From assembly GCF_001194135.2 (NCBI RefSeq), contig NC_068983.1, forward strand, positions 129,077,468 to 129,112,234: a stretch of 34,767 nucleotides of DNA, read 5' to 3'. The position numbers were made by a program, and so were the translations under genes. The stretch is from Octopus bimaculoides. Taxonomy: Eukaryota. A model generated the notes under the pieces. It was given only the letters and a program-made list of their open reading frames with translations. It had not been told where the DNA came from and made no database searches. Shown here in pieces: positions 11,888-22,805 of this stretch (its first letter is position 1; each line of letters starts with the position of its first letter).

Positions 11888-12044
11888 TCGATTACATCGA
11901 CTCTAGTATAAAACTGGTACTTATTTATTGACTTTGAAAGGATAAAAAGCAAAGCCGATATATGTTGTGTTTAATCTCAGAACGTAAAGTCGGAAGAAAA
12001 CCCGCTAACCGTTTTGCCTGACGTAGAAACAATTCTGTTAGTTC
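11888..12044 (-). mobile_element. SINE family A, degraded copy
   Basis: Reverse complement contains TTTACGTTCTGAGATTAAA...GGCTTTGCTTTTTATCCTTTCAAAGTCAATAAATAAGTACCAGTT...GAGTCGATGTAATCGA. Confidence 0.7.
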
Positions 12045-12177
12045 GTAATATTTTTTTTTATTTTTCTACTATCTATTATGTATCATCTTTTATATCCTTT
12101 AATGTGGTAGTATGCTAGATTGATGTTAACCACACATGTCTTTGTAATTTTCTTTGTGAGTTAACTCGTCCTTCGAT

Positions 12178-12222
12178 ATTATCCGCCATGTCTTGGGCCC
12201 TTGTGGCTAAAAACAGGAATTA
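12178..12222 (+). mobile_element. Isolated LINE/SINE 3' tail resembling the tail at 845-885
   Basis: TTATCCGCCATGTCTTGGGCCCTTGTGGCTAAAAACAGGAA versus TTATCCCCTCTATGTTGAGCCCTGTGTGGCTAATAAAGAAA; followed by TTATTATTAT. Confidence 0.45.
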
Positions 12223-12288
12223 TTATTATACTATCCCTATGCTTAGTACTACAAGTTCTACGGCACCATCACCGCCACCCCACCTCTT

Positions 12289-12443
12289 CGTCTTCTTCTT
12301 CCNNNNNNNNNNNNNNNNNNNNNNNNNNNNNNNNNNNNNNNNNNNNNNNNNNNNNNNNNNNNNNNNNNNNNNNNNNNNNNNNNNNNNNNNNNNNNNNNNN
12401 NNNNNNNNNNNNNNNNNNNNNNNNNNNNNNNNNNNNNNNNNNN

Positions 12444-12491
<48 letters not shown>
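12289..12491. repeat. Short (TTC)n, gap 12303-12443, then (ACT)n
   Basis: Direct reading of the sequence. Confidence 0.95.
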
Positions 12492-12779
12492 GTATAAATT
12501 CTTTGCCGCGTCTACTTTCTGCCGCCTATGTAATTCTAAATAGCATCTAGATTATATATTATTTCAATCAGCGCACGTGATTGATGTAATTCGATTCTAC
12601 ATTACATCTTAATTTTTTTTCTTATACCTATATTTAATTTGTAAGCATTTGGAACCGAATTATCCGGCGTAACTTCGTATGTTCATATGTAACCTGCGCT
12701 AATTGAACCCAGACATACCAGGATGCATTATTAATAATTGATATCTAATCCAGCATCATATATAATATAAGCAAAACTG

Positions 12780-12849
12780 CGATAATCATCATCACCACAA
12801 ACACCAATACCATAGTGCCACCACCACCACCACCACCATCAAAACTTCT

Positions 12850-12888
<39 letters not shown>

Positions 12889-13200
12889 TCTAATCTCATC
12901 GCCTTCACCATTCTAACAATGTGGGTCACCGATGATATTGTGAACAACATCATTGAAAATAGTGTAACAATATTCATTTTCATCATCATTGAAGCAGTAC
13001 TCTCTTCATCCTTTACTTTATAACCACCGTTGTTCTCGATTCTACATCTAATCCTTGCCCCCGTCGTCGTCGTCGATGCCGTTATCATCATCATCATCAT
13101 CATCATCGTCACTTTTATCACATCCTTATTACATGCATCCCTATCAAATCCATCGTTATAATAATCACCACCATAATTAAGATCATCTTAATTATAATCA
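12780..13200. repeat. Degenerate ATC/ACC/GTC trinucleotide low-complexity region
   Basis: Runs of CATCAT, CACCAC and CGTCGT interleaved with decayed triplets. Confidence 0.85.
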
Positions 13201-13699
13201 TCGCAACCTTCATTAGCTATAACCAGACGAATTGATATTGTAATAGAGAAGAAGAAATAATTTTCCCTCAATTTAAACCATAATGATGGTTTCAATTTCC
13301 GTTCGATGAGATTAACATACCTTTAACTGTTAATGTCTTTGAAAATCACCTGAATTTTTGTAACACGTTACATTCCCTTCCAATTTTTTGATATTTCTAC
13401 TTCATTACCATCCAATAATAAAAGAGAAGCAAATTTTTCAAACACAAACAATTAAGTGTATTGAAATACAAATTCTATTTAAAATTAAGAAAATGTTTAA
13501 TATTGATATTGAGAAATAGAGGTTTTGTTAGTGGTATGATCCAATTACAACCGTAGTTCACCCGTACCAAAGAGGTTAGACTCGGAACGATGACACGATT
13601 TCGGTAACAGGTCGAAAACAAATGTAAAACAGTGGTATAGTGCCGTCTCGTAAATAATTGCAGTTTCATTATAAACACAGAGCTAATTATATTCCATTC

Positions 13700-14560
13700 A
13701 GATACAGAAGACCTTAATAAAATAGATAATATTCCAAGTATTATTTAAACATTGACTTTAGAACTGTTTCTGCAATAATTTTAAAGAGAATGGAGAAATG
13801 AGTAGAGATTTGGAGACAAAATAAATGATATGTAGAGATAAAACGATATTTTATTCCACTGTCATCGCTGTTGACAATCCTCTCATCATTGGGTTTGACT
13901 TTCACCTTATGTATCTCCCTTAAAGGAGCGTGACGCCATTGATTTCGGTAAGGCATTAATCTGAAAAGTCCACGTATGATAAAAACTGCTCTGAGATCAA
14001 TATTGGTGTCATACACATATACCATATTTTGTGAGACTATGCACTCAGTAATACGTTTTATTGAGAGATGGTGTGAGAAAGGTTGAGGTCATTCTTGGAT
14101 GAATGCGTTGAAAATTCTCATAGCTTGGTGCAGAATATACTCAGCCTTGAGAATATGGACAACGTTCAGAAATATCTAGACGTGTAGTTTCACCGAGGTT
14201 ATACCTCTGATTAAAGAGAAGTTCTACTGAGGCGAGACTGCTATTACCGTAGCATTTCCAAGACAATGAATTCATTCTGCAGGTACATTTCCAATATCCG
14301 TTAATTCCAGATGATAATATTTGGTAGAGGCCATTTTTCTGCTGCTTAATGATAGGAGTTACCTATCCGATTAGATTGAACGCAATGAAAAAGCTGCCAC
14401 ATTTCCCTTCACCGAAACTATCGCTAAGTATTTAAGAGGAAAACTCTGAAAGGCAGATGAGAGCTTGAAGAGAATATCTATTATCGTTAAATGTGTAGGA
14501 ATATAATTGTTAGAGTTGAGTTTAACCCAAATGAATGCGTCTGTATCTCGGGCATTGATT
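13700..14560 (+). mobile_element. Highly decayed LINE reverse transcriptase remnant (CR1/L2-like)
   Basis: Ordered degenerate motifs on the plus strand: ILKRMEK (about 13780), AIDFGKA (about 13935, cf. IDFxKAFD), EFNPNECVCISG (about 14518, cf. FNxxKC). Many stops and frameshifts; QG and YADD motifs not recognisable. Confidence 0.4.
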
Positions 14561-17340
14561 GCTGCATAGCGTCAGGGTAAAGATGAATCTTAAAAATAGT
14601 TTGATTAGCCCTACGTTCCAGATTTACTGTAAATGTATATTAAACATTATATTGCATGCATACTTCCAGGCTCTGTTAACATTTTATCGTTCAGTTTCAA
14701 GGAAAACATTCACAGCTTTTGTAACCTGTCAACAGTATATCCCGTCAAGATTTATCCCTGTGGCAAATCAAAACAATCATTATTTGTATTGTTAATATCT
14801 ATTTATATCATAGCATGGTTATGTGAAATTACTTGCCAATGTGTGTTCTTGGGAAAGCTTTTCAGAGCGTTTGCATGTCCTCCTTAATGTCAGTTTTGAT
14901 GGTTTATCTTCGGAATTCAAACGAATGTTATCGTATTGACAATTGTTATAATATTCGCTTTCGATGCCAGGTAACTATCAATATAATCTTGCTGCATCTA
15001 CTACTGAATCATCTGCATTTTCGATCAATTATAGTCTTATTGAAATATTTTATGTAAAAGAGTAGAAAAGTAACTTATATGACTTTTTCACGTTATATAT
15101 ATAATTAGTAACCTTGTTACAAATGTAAACGGGTATTGCAGTAATAATCGAAAGGTGTTTGATATATAATGATTGCGAGTTTAGCCATGAGTTAAGGGAA
15201 TAAAGTCTATTTTGTGAAGTTCAATACGTGTTCTTGACTATATGTCACAATGCCACAAAATCTGGGTTTATGTAGCTCATTTTGAGCCTTTTACCCTACC
15301 GATATTCTTTCACCACATGACTGAAATGTGTAATATACATCGTCCCTAAAATAACTAACGGGGAATGAGAGAAATACAATGACGTCACTTTTATGTTTGC
15401 TAGATAACATTTTGTAGCATACTACGATTGACCAATATTTCCTCTTCGCTGAATACACAGGCAGGATATGGTCGTTGAACTTGTGGTATATATATAATTA
15501 TAAAGGTAATCTTTAATCCAGAACTACACAGAGTAGATTCTATCCGTCATGTGATGTTCACAGTTACCAAGTATTCAAATAAAAGCTTCAATGTTTTCAA
15601 ATAAAGTGCATTCACTATTACCATGGTTATCGTATGCTAATTATAACGGAATTTCAGTACTTTGCTTCCATCTTTGTCATATTCTAAAATCCCATCATTC
15701 AATGGGATTATTTTGTGAAAATTGATTCTCTCTTGTCTTCATAATGAAAGTGACCCCTTTACATATAGCACTCTTTATTCCACTACGGTTGCTACAAAAC
15801 ATTCTAAAGATGTGGATTGACCACTTATAAGAAAATACAGTTATCTTTTTTTTTAATTCTGTATTATCTTACAATGAGGTTTAAGGGCGCATACATTTCT
15901 TTCTGATTTGTAGTTCATCTTCATTTTTCTATGTGAAATCGAGATAGATATTAACGCGATAAAATTCGCAAACAGGAGAAAGTGTCCTCCATGCTACCTC
16001 GTTTACCAGTACTACATCCTTGTAATCTCATATTCATTGGTAATAACTTTCCCCACTATGTTCAGTCAAATAAGTGATGCCACAATCCATGAATGGTGTA
16101 CCGTGTTACAAGTTTCTACTGAACTCTTTGCACGTTCCCGACTTGTGTCGGCTGCTTTGACGTTTCAGAATGTGGAATAGTGTTTGTGCATTCGATCCAT
16201 TGGGCTTTGGTTACATGTTATTTGTATTTCCTGTCTCTTTCCGTGGAGTATAGGCATATGAGTTGCATCAGTCTGAAACATATTGTTTATGTTTCGTATA
16301 TGTTAAATGAGTAATGTGTTTTCTATGTTGTGAGTATGTAGATTATAACTTGTTTAAGATGTTATATATATTGACTGTCACTTGTTTAAAATATAAATTA
16401 TCTATGCCTAATGACGTATTTGCTGTCAAGTATGTAACATTTAACTTTATGCTATTTTACCGGGAAGCGTTTGTTTAGAATGCATGTTGTACCAATGGTT
16501 CCCGACATTCAGCAATTGGGTTCAGTTATTTAACATGTATTATGTTTGATAATTGGCTATTGTTGAACCTTTGCCTATCGAATGATGTCGTTTATATTAT
16601 CTAACTTGGTTGATTGTGCAGATAATGTGTGCTATTTGTGTTATTGAAGATTAATACAACTCATTTTCACTTCAATAGATCTAAAATTAATAGCAATCGC
16701 AATATGAGTATGTAAATTTTCATTTGCTCTGGAGATTACATTATATAATATATCCTTCCATGTTTTTAAGATGTCAAACTCAGATGTAAAGAAAGACTGC
16801 TATTTTTCAAAGGCGACCATTGTGTGGATTCTCACTAGTTGTATGATGGTTAAGAGTGCATTAAGGTCTCAATGCAATCGATATAAGTATTACTGAAGAT
16901 CCCAAGCAAAAAATAAGAAAACATAAAAATAAATAAAATGAAACCCGCTTCTAATCAAATCTAAAAAATAAAAGGTAATATTTGAACTTCACACAATCAG
17001 AACACAAAGACACAAAAAAAAAAAAAAAATTAATATTAACGATAATAGCAGGAAGAAAACAATAAGAGCAATATCTACAGAAACAGTATCCAGTAAAGCA
17101 ACAAAACTAGAATACACACCTAACGACAAGAACAAAAAATTTACTATCATAAAACGAAAGCGAACCAACACGAACAAGAACGTAAACATTAAAAGTAGAG
17201 AAAAATATTATGTACATAGACACGCCACCAAAGAGACAAAACAAAGGACAAAAAAAAAGTGATGCGTAAAAGCAAGAATTAGTTAATAAAGAGTGACTTA
17301 TAGATTACCTCAAAATGTTGTGGTGTAATATTGGTAGTTT

Positions 17341-17578
17341 CCAATTTATTGAAACATTTTCCTGTTTATTACAGATGTTAAACAGTCTCCACAGCTAAAT
17401 TAACTCAGTTCTGTGTAGTCAGCCGACAAGAGTCCATATAACGTCGCTACGTGATATGATTTTATTCACATCGTCAATACCATACTGATACTATACTTCA
17501 TAAGATCGATATCTTTATAGTCATTGGACACAGTAGTTTATATAATACCATAACTAGCAACATAATCCAATATACGAC
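17341..17578 (+). repeat. Diverged direct repeat, copy 1 (pairs with 19828-20027)
   Basis: Shared blocks TAAACAGT.TCCACAGCTAAATTAA, TGATAT..TTTTATTCA, ATAA.ATC.ATA..TTTAT.GT.ATTG and CAA.ATAATCCAA, in the same order. Confidence 0.75.
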
Positions 17579-17671
17579 GCCATGTAAATATTTGGTGAAA
17601 AATTACAAAATTGAAACTGTGGTTTTTGAAACCTGCTTTGTTATAAATCAATTCATTATAACACTATGCAC

Positions 17672-17803
17672 GTCATCATCATCATCGGCATTATCATCAT
17701 CAAAACATCTCTCGTCGTCATTGTCTTTTTCGTTGTCATCATCATCATCCTCCTCCTCATCATCGTCATCATCATCATCATCACATAAACATAATCAGTA
17801 TCT
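17672..17803. repeat. Imperfect (ATC)n/(TCC)n tract
   Basis: Direct reading of the sequence. Confidence 0.9.
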
Positions 17804-18099
17804 TCATCGCCCGTAGCAGTAGTATTAGCACGTTCATCCTCATGTTTTATAGGTGAGTATCAACAAAATTTATTTCATCCACATACTTAACATAATCATT
17901 TTTGTCATCATGATTATAAATATATTCTATTTTTTAATCATAATCAGGAGTTGGTAGATTCTATCACATCGCGTAGCATCTGACAATATATGATATTTCT
18001 CATTATCTCACGATACAACAGTCAGTCTGAGTAGAATTATGAACATAGGGAAAGATAAAACAAATAATAATAGGACCATTCATAAAGGCAAGTGATATA

Positions 18100-18102
18100 T
18101 AT

Positions 18103-18145
<43 letters not shown>

Positions 18146-18221
18146 NNNNNNNNNNNNNNNNNNNNNNNNNNNNNNNNNNNNNNNNNNNNNNNNNNNNNNN
18201 NNNNNNNNNNNNNNNNNNNNN

Positions 18222-18280
<59 letters not shown>
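18100..18280. repeat. (TA)n and (TG)n tracts around gap 18146-18221
   Basis: Direct reading of the sequence. Confidence 0.95.
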
Positions 18281-18281
<1 letters not shown>

Positions 18282-18325
18282 CGTAACTGTGCGCTTATAC
18301 GTTTGTGCATGTGTACAGTTGTATA

Positions 18326-18760
18326 GACGTGATTGTGTGAGTAACAGTTTGCTTCCAAACCACACATCTCCGGGTTCAGCTGCATCATGTAGCACATTGC
18401 ACAGGTGTCTTAAACTGTAGTCTCGGTTGGTCAGAGCTCTGTGAGACGGCCTGATAGACGGAAGCTAAATGATGCCGCTTGGATACATACATACGTACAA
18501 ACGCACGGGCTCACACACACACTGTCGCATAAGTACACACAAACACATATATCTGTTTGTGTGTTTTTATTTTTGGGATTCTACCATACCGTTCCACGAA
18601 TGCTTGAACACCGTTGATAATATGTATATGTTTCCATCCCTAAACGGTACGACAAAAGTGATTTATAGAATAAGGACCACTCTTTACTAGTAAAGTCATA
18701 TCGTCTTTCTTCCGACAAAATGTCTTCAGAGTGGTGCTCTAGAATGGCTTGATTCTAATG
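18326..18760 (+). mobile_element. SINE family B, older copy with short internal CA/TA tract
   Basis: GTGATTGTGTGAGTAACAGTTTGCTTCCAAACCACA...CCGGGTTCAG...TGATAGACGGAAGCTAAA and 3' half ...ATAGAATAAGGACC...GTGGTGCTCTAGAATGGC, collinear with 7480-8020. Confidence 0.7.
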
Positions 18761-19199
18761 ATTCTAAGACGCCAAAGAAGGGCTATATATCAGAAAATAA
18801 GATATTAAAAGATGGTTAAGAGAGGGATGTTTATCCCGTTTCAACAGTGCGAAGTTTGGTTGAGTTATATGCGTTTTACTCTGTGTATTTTGTGAGCGGG
18901 AGGGGACGTGATAAAAAGAAAGGAATGTATGGTAATTATACGGGTGTGGAGTTGTGTGTCGTAATATTACACTTATTTTCCTAACCATCCTTAACATCTG
19001 TAGACTGAATAGTAAAATAAGTCTAATGCCACGACACACAACTCTATACCCATACAATTACCATACATTTTGAGAGATATATTCACCAAAATTACATAAG
19101 AATACCTTGGAATATTGAAGAGTAAATTTTTTCAATAAAATCAACATTGGCTTCAACCGCGGCCATTGCAGATTTTCGGTGCAGTGGATATATGATTTT

Positions 19200-19470
19200 T
19201 TAAAGTGGACGACAAACATTAAGGCAAGGCAAGCATCTCAAGCCGCATACAATATTATTATTGGTAAAAAGAATCTTGGAAAAAAGGTCTTACAGATGTC
19301 TCTCGCATATCTCTGAGTATGGTATATTCCGTCACCAGAGACAAATAGGGGGAAAATAGGAAAAATGAGAATGGCATCCATTAAGAAGATGACGACATAG
19401 AGGAAGGGAGTAAAAGAATAAGGAGTTGGAAAGAAAAGAAAAATAGATGCATAACACTTCATAGTTCAAA
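19200..19470 (+). mobile_element. Possible decayed RTE-like LINE ORF2 C-terminal remnant
   Basis: Ordered weak motifs IKARQA, YRCLSHI (cf. RCLRRI) and WHPLRR*RHRGR (cf. WxPxGxRxRGRP) in shifting frames. Confidence 0.3.
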
Positions 19471-19827
19471 TTTCCAAATCTATAGAAACAAGAACAAGAG
19501 TCCTTAGATGGAATTCTGCGTGAATAATATTGTATACAACTTGAGATGTTTGTCTTCCCTTAATGTTTCTCGTCCTCTTTAACAGTTATATATATTTATA
19601 TGCAGTCCACCTGCGCCCTGTATACAACACTTTCTTTAATTTTATCACACTCACGCACACACACCCACACACGGATTTGGGAACAGATTTGTTCTTACGA
19701 CTGAGTGAATATGTTGCGTGATCCTAGCGTTCTCCCTTTCTTTTTCTCATCTTTTTCATATGTTTAACGAATTTTTTTCTAGGTCATTTTGTATCGTTGC
19801 TTGGTACGATAATGTTCATTAACGCAT

Positions 19828-20027
19828 CTATTTCATTGAAATAGTTTGGTAAACAGTGTCCACAGCTAAATTAATTGTGTTGTCAGACGATTCGTCTCCG
19901 TATAAATTGATATTGTTTTATTCATTACATCAAAACATACTTGTCATATGTTATAACATCCATACATTTATCGTAATTGCTCTCGTGTATCTATTACACA
20001 TAGTATTCAATATAATCCAAATACGGC
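19828..20027 (+). repeat. Diverged direct repeat, copy 2 (pairs with 17341-17578)
   Basis: See copy 1. This copy lacks the roughly 17-nt pyrimidine-rich TTTTCCTGTTTATTACAG segment. Confidence 0.75.
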
Positions 20028-20145
20028 AAAAAGAAACAAAAGAAGAAAAAAAAAACAGAATTGTTATCTTGCGAAGTCTATGTATTCTTCTTCTGTTTTC
20101 TTTTTTTTTATCTCGCATCATCGTACATTTTTTTCGCATGGTGAA

Positions 20146-20224
20146 GATAATGACGATGATGATGATGATGGTGACGACGACGACGACGATGATTATGATG
20201 ATGATGACGATGATGATGACGACG

Positions 20225-20255
<31 letters not shown>

Positions 20256-20520
20256 CGATGATGATGACGACGACAATGATTATGAAGATGATAATGATGA
20301 TCACGTGGTCACCTTTCTCATTTTCATTGTCATCACCATCACCGCCATTAAAGACAGCAATTCCGCTCATCATGTTCATCGTCGTTTAATCATTGTCAAA
20401 ACAATTTTTTCTCCATAATCTTCATCCACCACACTCAACCTTCTCCCGTTTATATGACGTCACCGTCCTCCTCTACCTCCTCCCCTCCTCCTCCTTCTCC
20501 TCCTACTGCACCTCTTCCTC
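20146..20520. repeat. (GAT/GAC)n tract followed by ATC- and CCT-rich low-complexity sequence
   Basis: Direct reading of the sequence. Confidence 0.9.
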
Positions 20521-21427
20521 ATCATCATTATCATGGTTACTACCATTAACATAATTTGCTGCAGGCACTGCACAAGTTAATGAATATAAATGTATTTATA
20601 TAAATAACTAAATATATTCAACACTTCGCTTCTGATATACATTAGTTTTACTAGACATCAACTACTAGAGACAAACATTTTATCTTAAGAAATTAGACAA
20701 TTTTTTCACATATTCTCTGTGATTTTCTATATTCACTTTTTGTTTTAGCTACTACCTCTGTAAATATTTTTGTTATTGATTTGTAATATCATGAATATTT
20801 ACTTCTTGCCCAATATTCTAATAGAAAATAAATGAAATCCATTAGATTTTAAATGGAATTATGATTAGTGTTTTCAGTCAAGCATTCATGCGAATGAAAT
20901 ATAAATGAATTTATCGTCAGAGATTATAGTCAACCAATGACTGGCTTTTCTCTTATTTTAATGCCATGTTTGAAAATATGTTATTTCATATTCTATATTC
21001 AATATTTTGCTACAGAGCAGATTTTCTGACGGTCTGTAAGAAGGTATTAAAGTATGTTTGTTTAAATCTATAATACAATCTTAGATAGGGATGCTAAATA
21101 AAGCGTTGAAAAGGAAGAAGTAGAGAAATCGATTCTGCGAAACTAATGTCTGTAAGTGTGTCAGAAGAACTACGTTTTGAAGTGAATATATTTTTGACGA
21201 TTACACTGAAATGAAAAATAGGTTACTTTATGAGATGCTTTTTCTAACAATATATCAAAACACTTTAAAATATGCATTTACTATATATACAAACACAAAT
21301 ATAATCAGATGCACATACACACACAAATACATACACGCGTGCACACACACTTATTTGTATTCATCTATGCACATATATTCATCTGTCCGTCTGTCCAAAT
21401 ATCTACACTCCTATAGAAGTATAGTTT

Positions 21428-21812
21428 TATATATATATATATATNNNNNNNNNNNNNNNNNNNNNNNNNNNNNNNNNNNNNNNNNNNNNNNNNNNNNNNN
21501 NNNNNNNNNNNNNNNNNNNNNNNNNNNNNNNNNNNNNNNNNNNNNNNNNNNNNNNNNNNNNNNNNNNNNNNNNNNNNNNNNNNNNNNNNNNNNNNNNNNN
21601 NNNNNNNNNNNNNNNNNNNNNNNNNNNNNNNNNNNNNNNNNNNNNNNNNNNNNNNNNNNNNNNNNNNNNNNNNNNNNNNNNNNNNNNNNNNNNNNNNNNN
21701 NNNNNNNNNNNNNNNNNNNNNNNNNNNNNNNNNNNNNNNNNNNNNNNNNNNNNNNNNNNNNNNNNNNNNNNNNNNNNNNNNNNNNNNNNNNNNNNNNNNN
21801 NNNNNNNNNNNN
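21428..21812. repeat. (TA)n tract running into gap 21445-21812
   Basis: Direct reading of the sequence. Confidence 0.95.
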
Positions 21813-21879
21813 ATGCATACACAAACACGTGTATAAAACGATAGAGATATTACATAATTATGTTTGATACACCGATGTG

Positions 21880-22200
21880 TAAATGATTACGTGAATACCA
21901 CAGTACAAACCCTTGCCCTTCTCACTAGCTTTATCGGCGGCTACTTCGATTCTTTCCACTCAGTATTTGCCTTCTTATGCGCAATTTCCTCATCCTCTAT
22001 CTATGATGTCTTTGTTATTATTATTTCATGAAACCCCTGGATTATTCATTTAAATGATACCGGACCAACTCGTCTTTCCATTTCCTCGCCCGTAACATTT
22101 TCGTCTCTCAGTTTTCAGTTCAATGCCTCACAAACAGCGACGGATGCCCCTCCTTCTTAGTTACAAATGCTACATTGGCTGTCGACTTACTGCCCAATAA
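21880..22200 (-). mobile_element. Possible decayed LINE ORF1 (coiled-coil/RRM) remnant
   Basis: Minus frame with stops: KLRDENVTGEEMERRVGPVSFK*IIQGFHE...IEDEEIAHKK, loosely like the ERERRxxNLIIxGLxE pattern of CR1/L2 ORF1 proteins. Confidence 0.25.
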
Positions 22201-22477
22201 GTCTTTTTCTCTATATAGTAATTCAGCGAATAACAAAACACTAACTCTAAACTTTACACCATTACACTTCGCAGTCTAAATACAGTAAATCTACGCACTT
22301 ATATCTTCACAAAACCTATCCGTACTATCGCAATATTTCGCTACTATCAAAAGTAGAACGAAGCCTAAGCGAGATGTAATATCTTACATCTGTTAAGGTT
22401 TCGTAACAAAGAATTTATTGTTTTTTGTACAGGTCATATGACACCCCCAATGTAAAAACAATACATGCAGTACCCTA

Positions 22478-22800
22478 TATAGGGTGGGAAGCAAAATTGC
22501 ATTAAAAGTTACACAAATGTTTCAGAACAACCACTAAACAAAATGATATGCTGAACAAGAAATACATTGTCAGCTAATAATAAAGTGGTTTTTTTGTAGG
22601 AATATGGGAGGATATGACTGCACAGGGAGGCAAACGCCAAAGTGTATGTCATTTGGTCCTTGCAAAAGTCGATCTGAAGAGGATCCCAAGCATCGTTGGA
22701 GTATCCTTACACACAGTTTATAGCGTCATGAAGACAATGCCCAACGGAAATAAGGAGGTGTGGCCAACAAGAACCGAAATCAAGACTTCATCAACACCCA
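22478..22800 (+). mobile_element. 5' fragment of a Tc1/mariner (maT-like) DNA transposon: left end plus helix-turn-helix start
   Basis: TA then TAGGGTGGGAAGCAAAATTG (TIR-like); MTAQGGKRQSVCHLVLAKVDLKRIPSIVGVSLHTVYSVMK, then in a shifted frame GGVANKNRNQDFINT, typical of the N-terminus of this transposase group. Ends abruptly at the LINE junction. Confidence 0.6.
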
Positions 22801-22805
22801 CATCT

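Noticed and set aside
13741-14025. 94-aa minus-strand ORF that looks globular (MVYVYDTNIDLRAVF...)
   Set aside because: No recognisable domain or splice signals; the opposite strand carries decayed LINE RT motifs, so it is probably a shadow ORF.
19856-20418. Overlapping 112-177 aa ORFs including a poly-Asp acidic protein that might suggest a biomineralisation gene
   Set aside because: Open frames are explained by the stop-free GAT/GAC repeat; flanking residues have no coding character.
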